Positions 9,658-19,643 of a stretch of 64,000 nucleotides of DNA are shown piece by piece. Position numbers and translations under genes: made by a program. The notes below the pieces were generated by a model, which was not told the DNA's origin, did not search any database, and saw only the letters and a list, made by a program, of their open reading frames with translations. The stretch is taken from NCBI GenBank assembly GCA_030612025.1, contig JAUWOR010000004.1, positions 1 to 64,000 of the forward strand, written 5' to 3'. Source of the stretch: Dehalococcoidia bacterium (lineage in GTDB: Bacteria > Chloroflexota > Dehalococcoidia > GIF9 > AB-539-J10). Every line of letters begins with the position of its first letter. Position 1 is the stretch's first letter.

Positions 9658-10467
9658 TTAAAGATTGCTAACGATTAAATCTTCAATTGTTTTCTTCCAC
9701 CCTTCAGGGCCGATCCCTGGTACTTTATGAACATTAGCTAAATCTATTTCCTCCCATAGCTTATTCGGCTTCTGAACCAGCACCGGGATATCCACTGCAG
9801 CTAGCATAGGCAAATCGTTTTCACTGTCACCTATGCCGATAGTTTCCACACCACCAAATTCTTGCCTAAATAAGCGAGTTAAAATCCGAGTAGCCTTGCC
9901 CTTATCATTTCCTCTCATAGCAGCATAATATCTACCTCCATGAGTATAGCTAAGTCCCGCCTCCTTAATCTTGTTTAAGGTTAAATTTTGCCTTATTTTA
10001 TCACCTTTTAGCTTAAAGGTTTCATCATACTCCCTTTGTTTTGCCAAAGTGGCAAATTCCAAACTTAAGCCACTATCCTCAGCCACTTCCTCGACACTCA
10101 TATCTCCAAAACCTTTAATAGTTGTGCCTGTTTCCATTTCAATTCTTTTTAACGCCTCCCTTATTTGCTCGTAGGGAGTGCCCAACTCAATTACTATATA
10201 ACCTGGGGTAATTTTATGGTGTTCAAAAGGAAGGGAGAAATAATTTTCGGGGATAAAGATAGCTCCTCCGTTCTCCACTATGAAAGGATCGTTTATGCCT
10301 AGTTCTCTTCGATATACCTCTTGCTCCGCTCTTGTCTTAGCAGAGCAGAAGATAAGTGGTATTTCCTTCCTGCGGAGCAATTTCACGGCATCCATGGCTT
10401 GGTGATAGGAATAAGTAATAGGATCAAGTAGAGTTCCATCGAGATCGGTGAAAATCACCCGTTTCAT
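9658..10467 (-). CDS. mpgP: Mannosyl-3-phosphoglycerate phosphatase (HAD IIB)
   Basis: FTDLDGTLLD, CSAKTRAE, PFIVENG, KQREYDE, GDSENDLPML; divergent from mpgS. Confidence 0.9.
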   Translation of the reverse strand: MKRVIFTDLDGTLLDPITYSYHQAMDAVKLLRRKEIPLIFCSAKTRAEQEVYRRELGINDPFIVENGGAIFIPENYFSLPFEHHKITPGYIVIELGTPYEQIREALKRIEMETGTTIKGFGDMSVEEVAEDSGLSLEFATLAKQREYDETFKLKGDKIRQNLTLNKIKEAGLSYTHGGRYYAAMRGNDKGKATRILTRLFRQEFGGVETIGIGDSENDLPMLAAVDIPVLVQKPNKLWEEIDLANVHKVPGIGPEGWKKTIEDLIVSNL

Positions 10468-10590
10468 TTCAAATAAATTAACATATAAATTACCTTGGGG
10501 TCAAAGGAACCCGTGGTGAATCGCGGGACAGTGATTTGCCACTGGTGAGATATTTCTGCTACCATGTTTTCGTTCCGAAGGAGGCGAAAG

Positions 10591-11778
10591 GTGTTTATAG
10601 AGAGTCCGAGGTATACGGAGCGTTTTGGCTCAATCAGATTAAATCATGTGCAAAAGGTAATAGCTTTAGACTCAGGGTTGAAAAGCGAATTACCTCCTCA
10701 TGGTGCTATGGGGGTAATAAAAATAAATGAGGAAACAATTAAGCACTTTGAGGACAGGATGGCGATTGTCATTCCAGTTAAAGATGAAAAACTCAAGCTT
10801 ATTGAGGGAGTGGTTAGCGGAGTGCCACATGATTGTCTGGTAATAGTAGTTTCCAATAGCCAGAGGGAAAAAGTTGACCGATTCAGAATGGAAGGAGATG
10901 CCTTGAATCAGCTTTGTCGTTTTACCGTCCGTGAGGCTTTGATTGCTCACCAAAAAGACCCTGCTATCGGCGAGGCTATGGGGGAAGCTGGCTATGATGA
11001 CCTTTTGGGTACAGATGGATTGGTGCGTGATGGCAAAAGTGAGGCTATGCTAATAGGCTTGCTCATGGCCAAGGCGGCAGGGAAAGAGTATGTCGGCTTC
11101 ATTGATGCCGATAATTATTTTCCGGGGGCAGTATTGGAGTATGTGAGAAATTACACCGCTGGTTTTAGCTTAGCTCAATCTCCTTATAGTATGGTGAGAA
11201 TATTATGGCAGTATAAGCCCAAGATTTCAGGAGGGTTATTCTTCAAGAAATGGGGAAGGGTATCGGAGGTTACCAATAAGCACTTGAATGATCTGATATC
11301 CACCAAGACAGGATTTGAAACCGAGGTTGTGAAAACAGGTAATGCTGGGGAGCATGCCATGAGTATGAAGCTGGCAGAGATTTTGCCTTATGCTTCAGGA
11401 TATGCTGTGGAACCCCAAGAATTAGTATCTATCTTCGAAGATTTTGGTGGTATCTTGCCCACAAAGAATCTTAAGGCGATGGAACAGGGGATAGATATAT
11501 TTCAAATTGAGACCAGAAACCCTCATCTGCATGAGGAAAAAGGCGATGAGCACATTCAGGAGATGCTATTAGCTGCCATGAGCACCATTTATCATTCACC
11601 TCTTTGTGGAGCGAAAACAAAGCAGGCGATTTTAGCAGAGTTAATTAAGCAACAAATTCTTAAAGAGGCTGAAGAACCTCCTCCTGTTCAGCTTATTAGC
11701 CCGCTAAAGAGAGTGGATACAGGTAGATTTATAAGCCACATGCGAGAGGATTTTAATAAATATAGTGTGTTAGGCTAA
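10591..11778 (+). CDS. mpgS: Mannosyl-3-phosphoglycerate synthase (GT55)
   Basis: GVPHDCL, VRDGKSEAM, FIDADNYFPGAV, KWGRVSE, GNAGEHAM, ETRNPHLHE. Start placed at GTG 10591 after a GGAGG RBS. Confidence 0.92.
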   Translation: MFIESPRYTERFGSIRLNHVQKVIALDSGLKSELPPHGAMGVIKINEETIKHFEDRMAIVIPVKDEKLKLIEGVVSGVPHDCLVIVVSNSQREKVDRFRMEGDALNQLCRFTVREALIAHQKDPAIGEAMGEAGYDDLLGTDGLVRDGKSEAMLIGLLMAKAAGKEYVGFIDADNYFPGAVLEYVRNYTAGFSLAQSPYSMVRILWQYKPKISGGLFFKKWGRVSEVTNKHLNDLISTKTGFETEVVKTGNAGEHAMSMKLAEILPYASGYAVEPQELVSIFEDFGGILPTKNLKAMEQGIDIFQIETRNPHLHEEKGDEHIQEMLLAAMSTIYHSPLCGAKTKQAILAELIKQQILKEAEEPPPVQLISPLKRVDTGRFISHMREDFNKYSVLG

Positions 11779-11781
11779 ATT

Positions 11782-13458
11782 CTAAGAAGGAAACCTCATC
11801 CTATCCAAGAAATACCTTATCTTTTCCCTTTCAGGCTTGTTAAGCAAACCTTTTTCGTATGCTAGCACGTCAAAGAAGAACTGCACGTTCTGGGGGACTT
11901 GCCAAAGGGATTTTTGTGCATATCGATAACCATATCGTTCAGAACTACCCAATTTCTCAGTGGTAATTTTATCGCTCGAGTAACCAATACTCTTTACTTT
12001 ATTTGCATTGAAACCATTCTTCTTGGCTATTTCATCCAGTACGCTGTGAACACCAGTACCATGCTGGGCGGCATCTTTGCTCCTCTCAGCATATTCAGCG
12101 GAAATGCCTATTCTTTGAGCAAGCTGGCGATGTGGATGTTTCCCTAGGTGGTCATCTTCACAGATTACTTTCAATTGCGGGGCTACACTCATAGCTAACA
12201 TCACTACTTTCGCATCGAGATAAGGGAACATCATCTCAGCGCCATGTGCCCTAGCTATTTTATTCTCACGGTCTAAAGTTTCTATATCACCTCTGGAAAG
12301 GTCTTCCCGCATCCTCTGGGAGAGCCCTTGAGAGCCTTCTTGGTTTAGAACTTCAGGATACCAGACATAGCCTCCCCATAATTCATCTGCTCCCTGACCA
12401 GAAAAAGTAACCTCAACCCCATCCTGGATGGCTATGTCCAGCGCAGCATAGACACCAATGCCAGCTTCAACCTGGACAAAATCTCTCTCCTCAACTGCCT
12501 CAATAACTTTGGAGGTATATTCCTCTACTTCGCCAACACTCAATACTTTCACTTTATGATTAAGTCCTGTCTCTTTTGCAAACCTTCGGGCAAAGTCTAC
12601 ATCTATAGAGTCAGCAAAACCGGCAGTATAAGCAATTATTTTTATTCCGGCTGGAGAACCGATATCATGTACTAATTTAGCTAACAAGCAACTATCTACA
12701 CCTCCTGATAGTAGTATCCCTACTTTATCTATGCCACGTAATCTCTTTTTCACCGCTGAGTAAATTGCCTCCTGATAGCGATCCACAGCCTGAGTCATAT
12801 TTTCTATTTCGATTTCCCCTTTTTCTATGGGCCAGGCTTTCTTGATCTTTATTCCTTCTTGATCAAATATAGCAAGTGTGCCAGCTCGAAGAGGTATAAC
12901 ATCGTCAAGGCCTATCTGCCATAATGCCTTCTTATTGGAAGCAAAGGACAAAAGCCCATCGCCTTCAGCAAGATAAAGGGGCTTTGTGCCTAGAGAATTT
13001 CGGGCTATCACCGTTTGCTCAGGGCTGCTAACCGCTAAAGCATAATCGCCATCCAAGTACTTTAATGCCCTTCGCACTTTATCTTCCAGACTACCGGGTA
13101 GTTCTTTAAGCAGACAAACTATAATCTCAGTATCATTTTCGCTTGTTAAATAATGGTTTTCCTTGAGCCTGGATGCCACTTCATGAGAGTTATAAAACTT
13201 GCCATCATACATAAATACTAAATTGCTCTCAGGGTCTATGTAAGGTTGCTGAAGAGGCTTTTTGACGATGGGCAAAGATACTTCAGCTAAAACTTTGTTT
13301 CCATTTGGACTTCCAACTACAGAGTTAATTAGCCATTGATATCCCTCGCCCTCCGGATTGGTCTTGGTGATGGATTGGGGATGGAACGCTTCCAATATAG
13401 TGGCCAGTTTATCTGCTAAGTCTTCATCTTCGCTGAAAACCCCAGCCATTTGACCCAT
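11782..13458 (-). CDS. Asparagine-synthetase-like ATP-dependent amide ligase lacking the N-terminal catalytic Cys
   Basis: LLSGGVDS PP-loop, SGQGADELWGGY, LDRENK, PYLD; Ntn-like N domain (DGKFYN, DTE, GTKPLY) begins MGQMAG rather than MCG. Confidence 0.8.
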   Translation of the reverse strand: MGQMAGVFSEDEDLADKLATILEAFHPQSITKTNPEGEGYQWLINSVVGSPNGNKVLAEVSLPIVKKPLQQPYIDPESNLVFMYDGKFYNSHEVASRLKENHYLTSENDTEIIVCLLKELPGSLEDKVRRALKYLDGDYALAVSSPEQTVIARNSLGTKPLYLAEGDGLLSFASNKKALWQIGLDDVIPLRAGTLAIFDQEGIKIKKAWPIEKGEIEIENMTQAVDRYQEAIYSAVKKRLRGIDKVGILLSGGVDSCLLAKLVHDIGSPAGIKIIAYTAGFADSIDVDFARRFAKETGLNHKVKVLSVGEVEEYTSKVIEAVEERDFVQVEAGIGVYAALDIAIQDGVEVTFSGQGADELWGGYVWYPEVLNQEGSQGLSQRMREDLSRGDIETLDRENKIARAHGAEMMFPYLDAKVVMLAMSVAPQLKVICEDDHLGKHPHRQLAQRIGISAEYAERSKDAAQHGTGVHSVLDEIAKKNGFNANKVKSIGYSSDKITTEKLGSSERYGYRYAQKSLWQVPQNVQFFFDVLAYEKGLLNKPEREKIRYFLDRMRFPS

Positions 13459-13587
13459 ATCGTTAACCTCCGCTTTTTAAGGTTACACTAACTTAATTTG
13501 AAGGATATCATAAATCTGGTTGCTTTAGCAAATGTTACCCAGCAGGAAAGTTGACACATATACTAGGGTAAGATAAATTGAGGATTA

Positions 13588-14676
13588 ATGAAGGCTGTTA
13601 TCTTAGCTGGTGGGGAAGCAATTAGACTGCGTCCTCTTACTTGTAGCACAGCTAAAATAATGGTCCCCATACTAAATCGTCCTTTACTTGAGCATCTTAT
13701 CAATTACCTTAAAAAGCACAGCATGGTTGATATTATCATTGCCTTGGGCAAGCAGGTTGAACAGATTCAGAGTTATTTTGGCGATGGTAGCAGGTTTGGC
13801 GTGAGAATAGCCTACTCGGTGGAACATTTTCCCATGGGAACAGCAGGGGCAGTGAAGAATACTGAAAGGTTTCTGGATGAGTCCGTCATTGTGTTTAATG
13901 GTGATATCTTCACGGATATTGATCTAACCGCCATGGTGGATTTGCATTGCGAGAAGAAAGCTAGTGTAAGCATAGCCTTGACGCCTGTAAAAGATCCTAC
14001 TATTTACGGAGTGGTAGAAACGGATGCTGGAAATAGGGTTAAGCGCTTCACAGAAAAGCCAAGTCGGGATGAAGTAACTACTAATATGATTAATGCCGGT
14101 ATTTACATTCTGGAGCCGGAAATCTTAAACTACATTCCTCCTAAAGTCTTCTTCACCTTTGAACGCAACGTCTTTCCTGCCGCCTTGGAAAGGGGACAGG
14201 CTATCTATGGCTATCCGTCTGAGGCTTACTGGATTGATATAGGAACTCCAGAGAAATACTTAAGGCTAAACCACGATTTACTCCCTCGCTATATCGGCGA
14301 CAAAGGAGTAGAATTTGAGGGCGAAAGCGTAGTTCACCCCCAAGCTCAAATCGAAGGACCAGTGATAATTGACCAAGGTTGCTTTATTGGCAAGAATTCT
14401 ATAATAAGAGGACCAGCTGTGATAGGCTCAGGATGCCAGATAGAAGAAGGTGCCACAGTGGAAGGGGCAGTATTATGGCAAAGCTGTAAAGTTGGCAAAG
14501 GGGCTAAGCTTAAAAACTGTGTGGTTGCCTCCAATTGTTATATTGGGGATGAGAGTGAAGTTTTGGATGGCTGTGTTTTGGGTGATAACGTAAGGATTGA
14601 GAGGGGGAATAAGCTATCTCAGGGCATCAGAATTTGGCCCGATAAATCTATCGAGCCAGATGCCAGTTCATTCTAA
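13588..14676 (+). CDS. NDP-sugar synthase, likely mannose-1-phosphate guanylyltransferase
   Basis: LAGGEAIRLRPLT, GTAGAVK, NGDI, FTEKP, YWIDIGTP, C-terminal hexapeptide repeats. Confidence 0.85.
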   Translation: MKAVILAGGEAIRLRPLTCSTAKIMVPILNRPLLEHLINYLKKHSMVDIIIALGKQVEQIQSYFGDGSRFGVRIAYSVEHFPMGTAGAVKNTERFLDESVIVFNGDIFTDIDLTAMVDLHCEKKASVSIALTPVKDPTIYGVVETDAGNRVKRFTEKPSRDEVTTNMINAGIYILEPEILNYIPPKVFFTFERNVFPAALERGQAIYGYPSEAYWIDIGTPEKYLRLNHDLLPRYIGDKGVEFEGESVVHPQAQIEGPVIIDQGCFIGKNSIIRGPAVIGSGCQIEEGATVEGAVLWQSCKVGKGAKLKNCVVASNCYIGDESEVLDGCVLGDNVRIERGNKLSQGIRIWPDKSIEPDASSF

Positions 14677-14751
14677 GAGAGAGTCAACCCTAAGGCTGGA
14701 GTGTGCTAATTAACGAAGTAATTTTTAGGGTTAAAAATAAAGGAGCGTGAA

Positions 14752-17283
14752 ATGAAGACAATATACTTAGTGCCTCATACCCATTATGATGTGGCCTGGG
14801 CTTTCTCTAAAGAGGATTACCTTAAAATAAATGAAGAGATCCTAAAGGGAGTCATGAAGCTAATGGAGGTTCCAGAATTTAAGTTTTGTCTGGAGCAGAC
14901 CTTTCTGCTTCAAGAGATAGAAAAGAGAAACCCAGAGCTTTGGCAAGGCTTGAAACGGATGGTGGCGGAGGGAAAGCTTGAAATAGTTGATGGGCAATAT
15001 CTCATGCCTGATACTATGCTCCCGACGGGTGAAGTGCTAGTAAGGGAAATACTCTTCGGCAAGAAGTATTGTCAAGAGAAATTTGGTATTGAAGTTCCTG
15101 TAGCTTGGGCAGCGGATAGCTTTGGCATGAATGCCCAGCTCCCTCAAATTTATAACAAAGCGGGATACAAATGGCTAGCATTTAGAAGAGGGGCAAAGGC
15201 GGAGATAACACAGAGCGAATTCATTTGGAAAGGCCTGGATGGGTCAACTATCTTGGCTCACTGGATGCCCCTTGGCTACAGAGCTGGCCTTAACCTAGAT
15301 AGATTGGAGCAATCATTTAGTGACCTTGATAAATATGCTGCTACCTCTCATATCCTCATGCCCTGCGGCAGTGGCTCAATGCCTCCACAAGCAGAAATTC
15401 CTCAAGCGGTAAGGGATTGGAACACCACGCATCTTGGTATTGAAATGAAGATCGCCACCCCCGAGGAATTTTTCCAGGCGTTGGAACAAACCAAAAAGAA
15501 GTTCGAGGTTGTGGAAGGGGAACTATATGACAATGAGCTTGTAGATGTATTTCCACAGGTTTGCACCAGCCGATTGTGGATAGTGCAAAGCTCTAGGGAA
15601 TGCGAAGGCTTACTTATGGCTGCAGAGGAATTTGCTACCATCGCTTGGCTGCTCGGAGCTGAGTATCCCGCTTCTGAACTACATGAGGCCTGGGAAAATA
15701 TTCTTTTTATCGCCTTCCATGACATCATTACTGGCTGTGGGGTGGATGAGATTTACGAAGAGGTAAAAGAGATTTGCTCTTCCCTTAAAGCAAAACTTAC
15801 CGATCGCTTAAATCAATCCTTGTCTTATATCGCCGGAAAGGTTGGCACTGGTGGTGAAGCGCTCCTGGCATTCAACCCTTTGCCCTGGAGAATGCGGAAT
15901 TGGGGCGAAGCTGAGCTAAAATTGCCCCCGGGGTATGAGGGTGTCCCGGGGATAAAGGAAAGAAAAGAGGTAGAGAGCGAGGTTATAGAGATAGGAAAAA
16001 GTGAAGAAGATAAGATTGAAGGAGCAAAAATAGGCTTTACCTGTGACCTCCCACCTTTGGGTTACAAAGTGTATAAGCTAACCCCGCCCCCGTGTCATTA
16101 TGAGCCGAAGGCATGGCAAGCCGAAGGTGGGATAAAGGTTGAAGGGGAAAGCGTAGAAACTCCGTTCTATAAAGTGACTGTGAATAAGGAGACCGGCATA
16201 ATCGAGGTCTCAGATAAGAAAGGCGAACTTTTGGTTAGGGGAAATGAAATCTTTATCGATGATGAGATAGGTGACCTTTACTATCACCGCTCTAGATTTG
16301 CTGATCTTATAAAGAGCGAATCTGGAGAGGGGCTTAAATACGGAAGTTTTAAACCCAAGAGCTTCAGGATAGAGAAGGGAGTTTTGCAGGCGAAGATAAT
16401 TTTCGAGGATGAGTATTATTGCCTCACTTGGCCTTATAGGTTAAAGGAAAGGTTTCCCCCCATGCTTTATAAATATAAAACGCTGGATATCCATAAAGAG
16501 GTTATAGTTTTCCGAGACCTTCCCCGAATTGAGTTCATCACTAGGATTGAGAATAAATATCCTAACATAAGGCTCAGTGTTAAGTTTGATACGGGAATGG
16601 AGAGGAAAGTATATTTCCGGGAGACACAATTTGGGGTTATCCCCGAGCCGACAGAATACTTCACCAGCAGAGAAGAAGGGTTTAAGCCTTCAGGAATACC
16701 TAATTTCCTCAGCTGGTTTGACCTGAGCGATGGAATAAGGGGGATAACCTTTATGAACAAAGGGTTGCCAGCAGCTCTGATAATGAAAGGCTCCGTCTTC
16801 ATCAGGCTTTTGAGAAGTGTCTATGGGCTTTCCGCTGATGGAATAGCTGGCCCCCTAGTTCCTACCCCGGATGCCCTGGAGCTTAGACCTTACCTCTTTG
16901 AATATGCCCTTCAGCCTCATGAGGGTGATTGGAGGCAAGCTAAAATGTACAAGCAAGCTCAAGATTTCCATCACTTGCCTTATTGTATTCAAGCAAGCTC
17001 CCAGGGAGAGCTCCCGGAAGAATTCTCCTTCGTGAAACTTTCCCCCGATAACCTTATCCTCTCAGCGCTTAAAAAGGCTGAGGATAGTGATGAAGTAATC
17101 TTAAGGTTCTTTGAAACGATCGGAGAAGCTACTGTGGCCGAGCTTGAGCTATTCAGGGTGATTAAGCGGGCTGCGGTTGTCGACTTGCTAGAGCGGGAGC
17201 TACACGAACTCAAGGCAGATGGTAATAAGTTGCGGTTAGAAGTTAAGCCCTTCGAGATAGTAACCTTAAAGCTTAAACTTTAG
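14752..17283 (+). CDS. Glycoside hydrolase family 38 alpha-mannosidase, possibly a mannosylglycerate hydrolase
   Basis: HTHYDVAW, DSFG, FHDIITG, SALKKAED, PFEIVTL. Confidence 0.88.
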   Translation: MKTIYLVPHTHYDVAWAFSKEDYLKINEEILKGVMKLMEVPEFKFCLEQTFLLQEIEKRNPELWQGLKRMVAEGKLEIVDGQYLMPDTMLPTGEVLVREILFGKKYCQEKFGIEVPVAWAADSFGMNAQLPQIYNKAGYKWLAFRRGAKAEITQSEFIWKGLDGSTILAHWMPLGYRAGLNLDRLEQSFSDLDKYAATSHILMPCGSGSMPPQAEIPQAVRDWNTTHLGIEMKIATPEEFFQALEQTKKKFEVVEGELYDNELVDVFPQVCTSRLWIVQSSRECEGLLMAAEEFATIAWLLGAEYPASELHEAWENILFIAFHDIITGCGVDEIYEEVKEICSSLKAKLTDRLNQSLSYIAGKVGTGGEALLAFNPLPWRMRNWGEAELKLPPGYEGVPGIKERKEVESEVIEIGKSEEDKIEGAKIGFTCDLPPLGYKVYKLTPPPCHYEPKAWQAEGGIKVEGESVETPFYKVTVNKETGIIEVSDKKGELLVRGNEIFIDDEIGDLYYHRSRFADLIKSESGEGLKYGSFKPKSFRIEKGVLQAKIIFEDEYYCLTWPYRLKERFPPMLYKYKTLDIHKEVIVFRDLPRIEFITRIENKYPNIRLSVKFDTGMERKVYFRETQFGVIPEPTEYFTSREEGFKPSGIPNFLSWFDLSDGIRGITFMNKGLPAALIMKGSVFIRLLRSVYGLSADGIAGPLVPTPDALELRPYLFEYALQPHEGDWRQAKMYKQAQDFHHLPYCIQASSQGELPEEFSFVKLSPDNLILSALKKAEDSDEVILRFFETIGEATVAELELFRVIKRAAVVDLLERELHELKADGNKLRLEVKPFEIVTLKLKL

Positions 17284-17346
17284 AGGTAAGATTTGGGTTC
17301 GGGAGGGCAAAGTGGGAATTGATATTAAACTCGCCCGGTGGCTTGC

Positions 17347-18438
17347 TTAGACATTAAATAGAAAGGTAATTACGTTGCCATCCTGGACGACGTAATTCTT
17401 ACCCTCCATTTTAAGCAAACCCCTTTTCCGTGCCTCAGCTAAATTGCCACATCTCTCCAAATCACTATAGCTAATTACCTCAGCGCGGATAAACCCTCTT
17501 TCCATGTCAGAATGAACCTTTCCTGCTGCCTTTGGTGCCGTGATACCCCTGGGGATAGTCCAGACTTTTAACTCGGCAGAGGCCGTGGTGAAGAAGGAAA
17601 TTAGCCCTAGAAGGCGGTAAGAAAGGTTGATAACCCAATCAAGCGCTGGTGTAGTTAGCCCCATGGCTTCACGGAATTCCTCAGCCTCGGCGTCGCTGAG
17701 CTGACCTAACTCCATCTCTAGCTTGCCACATAGAGCCACTACAGCAAATTGGGGATAAAGTGACTTTATCTCACTTTCCAATTGCGAAGCTCGGGGTATT
17801 TGTTCCTCCCCAATGTTAAGGACGGCCAGCATCGGTTTAGCGGTGAGAAACTGGTAAGTAGACAGTATTTTGAGTTCATCTTTAGCTAAGCCTTGCTCTC
17901 TGATCGGCATATCTTTTTCTAATGCTGTCTTAATCTTCTGCAGCAAAAGTTGTTCTTTTGCCAATAATTCGCGTTCCGGTGCTTTAGCTCCCTTTAAAGT
18001 TACCTCTAGCCTATCCAGCTTCCTTTCAATGATAGCTAGGTCGGAGAAGGCAAGCTCTAAATCTAAGGTAGCTATATCTCTCTTAGGGTCTACGCTTCCC
18101 TCAGGATGGGGTATTTTTCCGTCTTCGAAAGCTCGAACTACTTGGAGCAGGGCATCAGCAGTAGTCAGATAGCTCAAAAGTCCTCCTCCTATTTCCTCCT
18201 TGCTGCTAAAAGCTTTAGGTGAGCCGGCGATGTCTGCGTAGCTTACTTCAGCGGGAACTGTTTTTTTAGGATGGAATATATTTTCTAGTGCTGATAATCG
18301 TGAGTCAGGCACTTTAGCCACACCTATATTCGGGGTCAGAGAAGGGGAATAAGCGGCAACTTCAGCCTTGCCTTTGGTTAAAGCATTAAAAACTGTTGTT
18401 TTGCCGCTCTTTGGTAGCCCGATGATAGCAATTTTCAT
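17347..18438 (-). CDS. ychF: Redox-regulated ATPase YchF
   Basis: GLPKSGKTT, DIAG, VVRAF, LTAKP, AGKVHSDMERGFIRAEV. Confidence 0.93.
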   Translation of the reverse strand: MKIAIIGLPKSGKTTVFNALTKGKAEVAAYSPSLTPNIGVAKVPDSRLSALENIFHPKKTVPAEVSYADIAGSPKAFSSKEEIGGGLLSYLTTADALLQVVRAFEDGKIPHPEGSVDPKRDIATLDLELAFSDLAIIERKLDRLEVTLKGAKAPERELLAKEQLLLQKIKTALEKDMPIREQGLAKDELKILSTYQFLTAKPMLAVLNIGEEQIPRASQLESEIKSLYPQFAVVALCGKLEMELGQLSDAEAEEFREAMGLTTPALDWVINLSYRLLGLISFFTTASAELKVWTIPRGITAPKAAGKVHSDMERGFIRAEVISYSDLERCGNLAEARKRGLLKMEGKNYVVQDGNVITFLFNV

Positions 18439-18508
18439 ATTTATATTTTACCACATTTATGCCTTAGCTTCCCCCAAAGGAGTTTGCCCTGTGATAGAAT
18501 ACCAAAGG

Positions 18509-19513
18509 ATGTTTTATATTCTTTATGGTCAGGACGATTTCTCCCTTAATCGAGCTTTAGAGAGGGTTAAAGCTGACTTAGGCGACCCACAAATGCTGGC
18601 AGTTAATACTACTAAGCTGGATGGCCAGCATTTAACCTTAAGCGAGCTTCAGGACAATTGTAATGTTGCTCCTTTCTTGTCTCCATATCGTTTGGTTATA
18701 GTCGATGGCTTACTGAAGAGGTTTGAGCCGAAGCCAGGCAAACAGCGATTTAGTAAACGTGCCGTCACTAAATCCGAAAACGCACTGGGGGAAGGTTTGG
18801 TCTCTTATATTAAGCAAATGGCACCAACCACCGTGCTGGTGCTAGTTGATGATAGCAGAATAAGTAGTCATAACCCTTTGTTAAGGAAGCTTTCGCCATT
18901 GGCTAAAGTGAAGACTTTTCCTCTGCTGCGAGGTAGGGGGTTAGCCGCTTGGATACAACAACGAGTAAGCGAAGAGGGTGGTAGTATCACCTCTGAGGCT
19001 GTGGGTTTGCTCGCTGAACTTATAGATGGAAACTTATGGGCGATGAACAATGAGCTCCTGAAGTTGCTTCTCTATACCCAAGGACGTCCTATTGGTGAAG
19101 ACGATGTTAGACAACTGGTAAGCTATGCACAGGAGACTAACATCTTTGCCTTGGTGGATGCCATCGTCGAAGGTCAAACTGAAATAGCCCAGCGGATGCT
19201 ACACCGGCTCTATCAGGAAGGCATCGCAGCGACCTACATTCTAGCCATGATTACCAGACAATTCCGTTTAATAGCACAAGCTAGAGAGCTGGATTTGGGG
19301 TTATCTCGGCAGCAAATTCAAGATAAATTAGGCTTAACCTCAAACTACGCTCTGGATAAAACACTCAGTCAAGCCAAACTATATGATTTTGAGCACATAA
19401 AGCGAGCTTATGATAAGCTTTTGGAAACTGACCTAGCCATAAAAACTGGCAAATACAATGACCAATTAGCCCTGGAACTTTTAGTGGCTGAGCTTGCCAC
19501 CTCCCGAGTTTAA
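18509..19513 (+). CDS. holA: DNA polymerase III delta subunit
   Basis: YILYGQD, PFLSPYRLVIV, NELLKL, IFALVDAI, DLAIKTG. Start moved to ATG 18509. Confidence 0.9.
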   Translation: MFYILYGQDDFSLNRALERVKADLGDPQMLAVNTTKLDGQHLTLSELQDNCNVAPFLSPYRLVIVDGLLKRFEPKPGKQRFSKRAVTKSENALGEGLVSYIKQMAPTTVLVLVDDSRISSHNPLLRKLSPLAKVKTFPLLRGRGLAAWIQQRVSEEGGSITSEAVGLLAELIDGNLWAMNNELLKLLLYTQGRPIGEDDVRQLVSYAQETNIFALVDAIVEGQTEIAQRMLHRLYQEGIAATYILAMITRQFRLIAQARELDLGLSRQQIQDKLGLTSNYALDKTLSQAKLYDFEHIKRAYDKLLETDLAIKTGKYNDQLALELLVAELATSRV

Positions 19514-19643
19514 GATGGCTGCCTTCTCATTTATTGTGCTCGCTAGCTTTATTTTGTGTTAGCATCTATGCTAACATACCCGATATTGAGACTCAATTGA
19601 TAGCTAAGCTAATATTTTCCCGAATCAGAAAGGGTGATGACAA

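Noticed and set aside
19514-19643. T-box leader before alaS
   Set aside because: No T-box consensus or specifier stem visible, and the gap is short.
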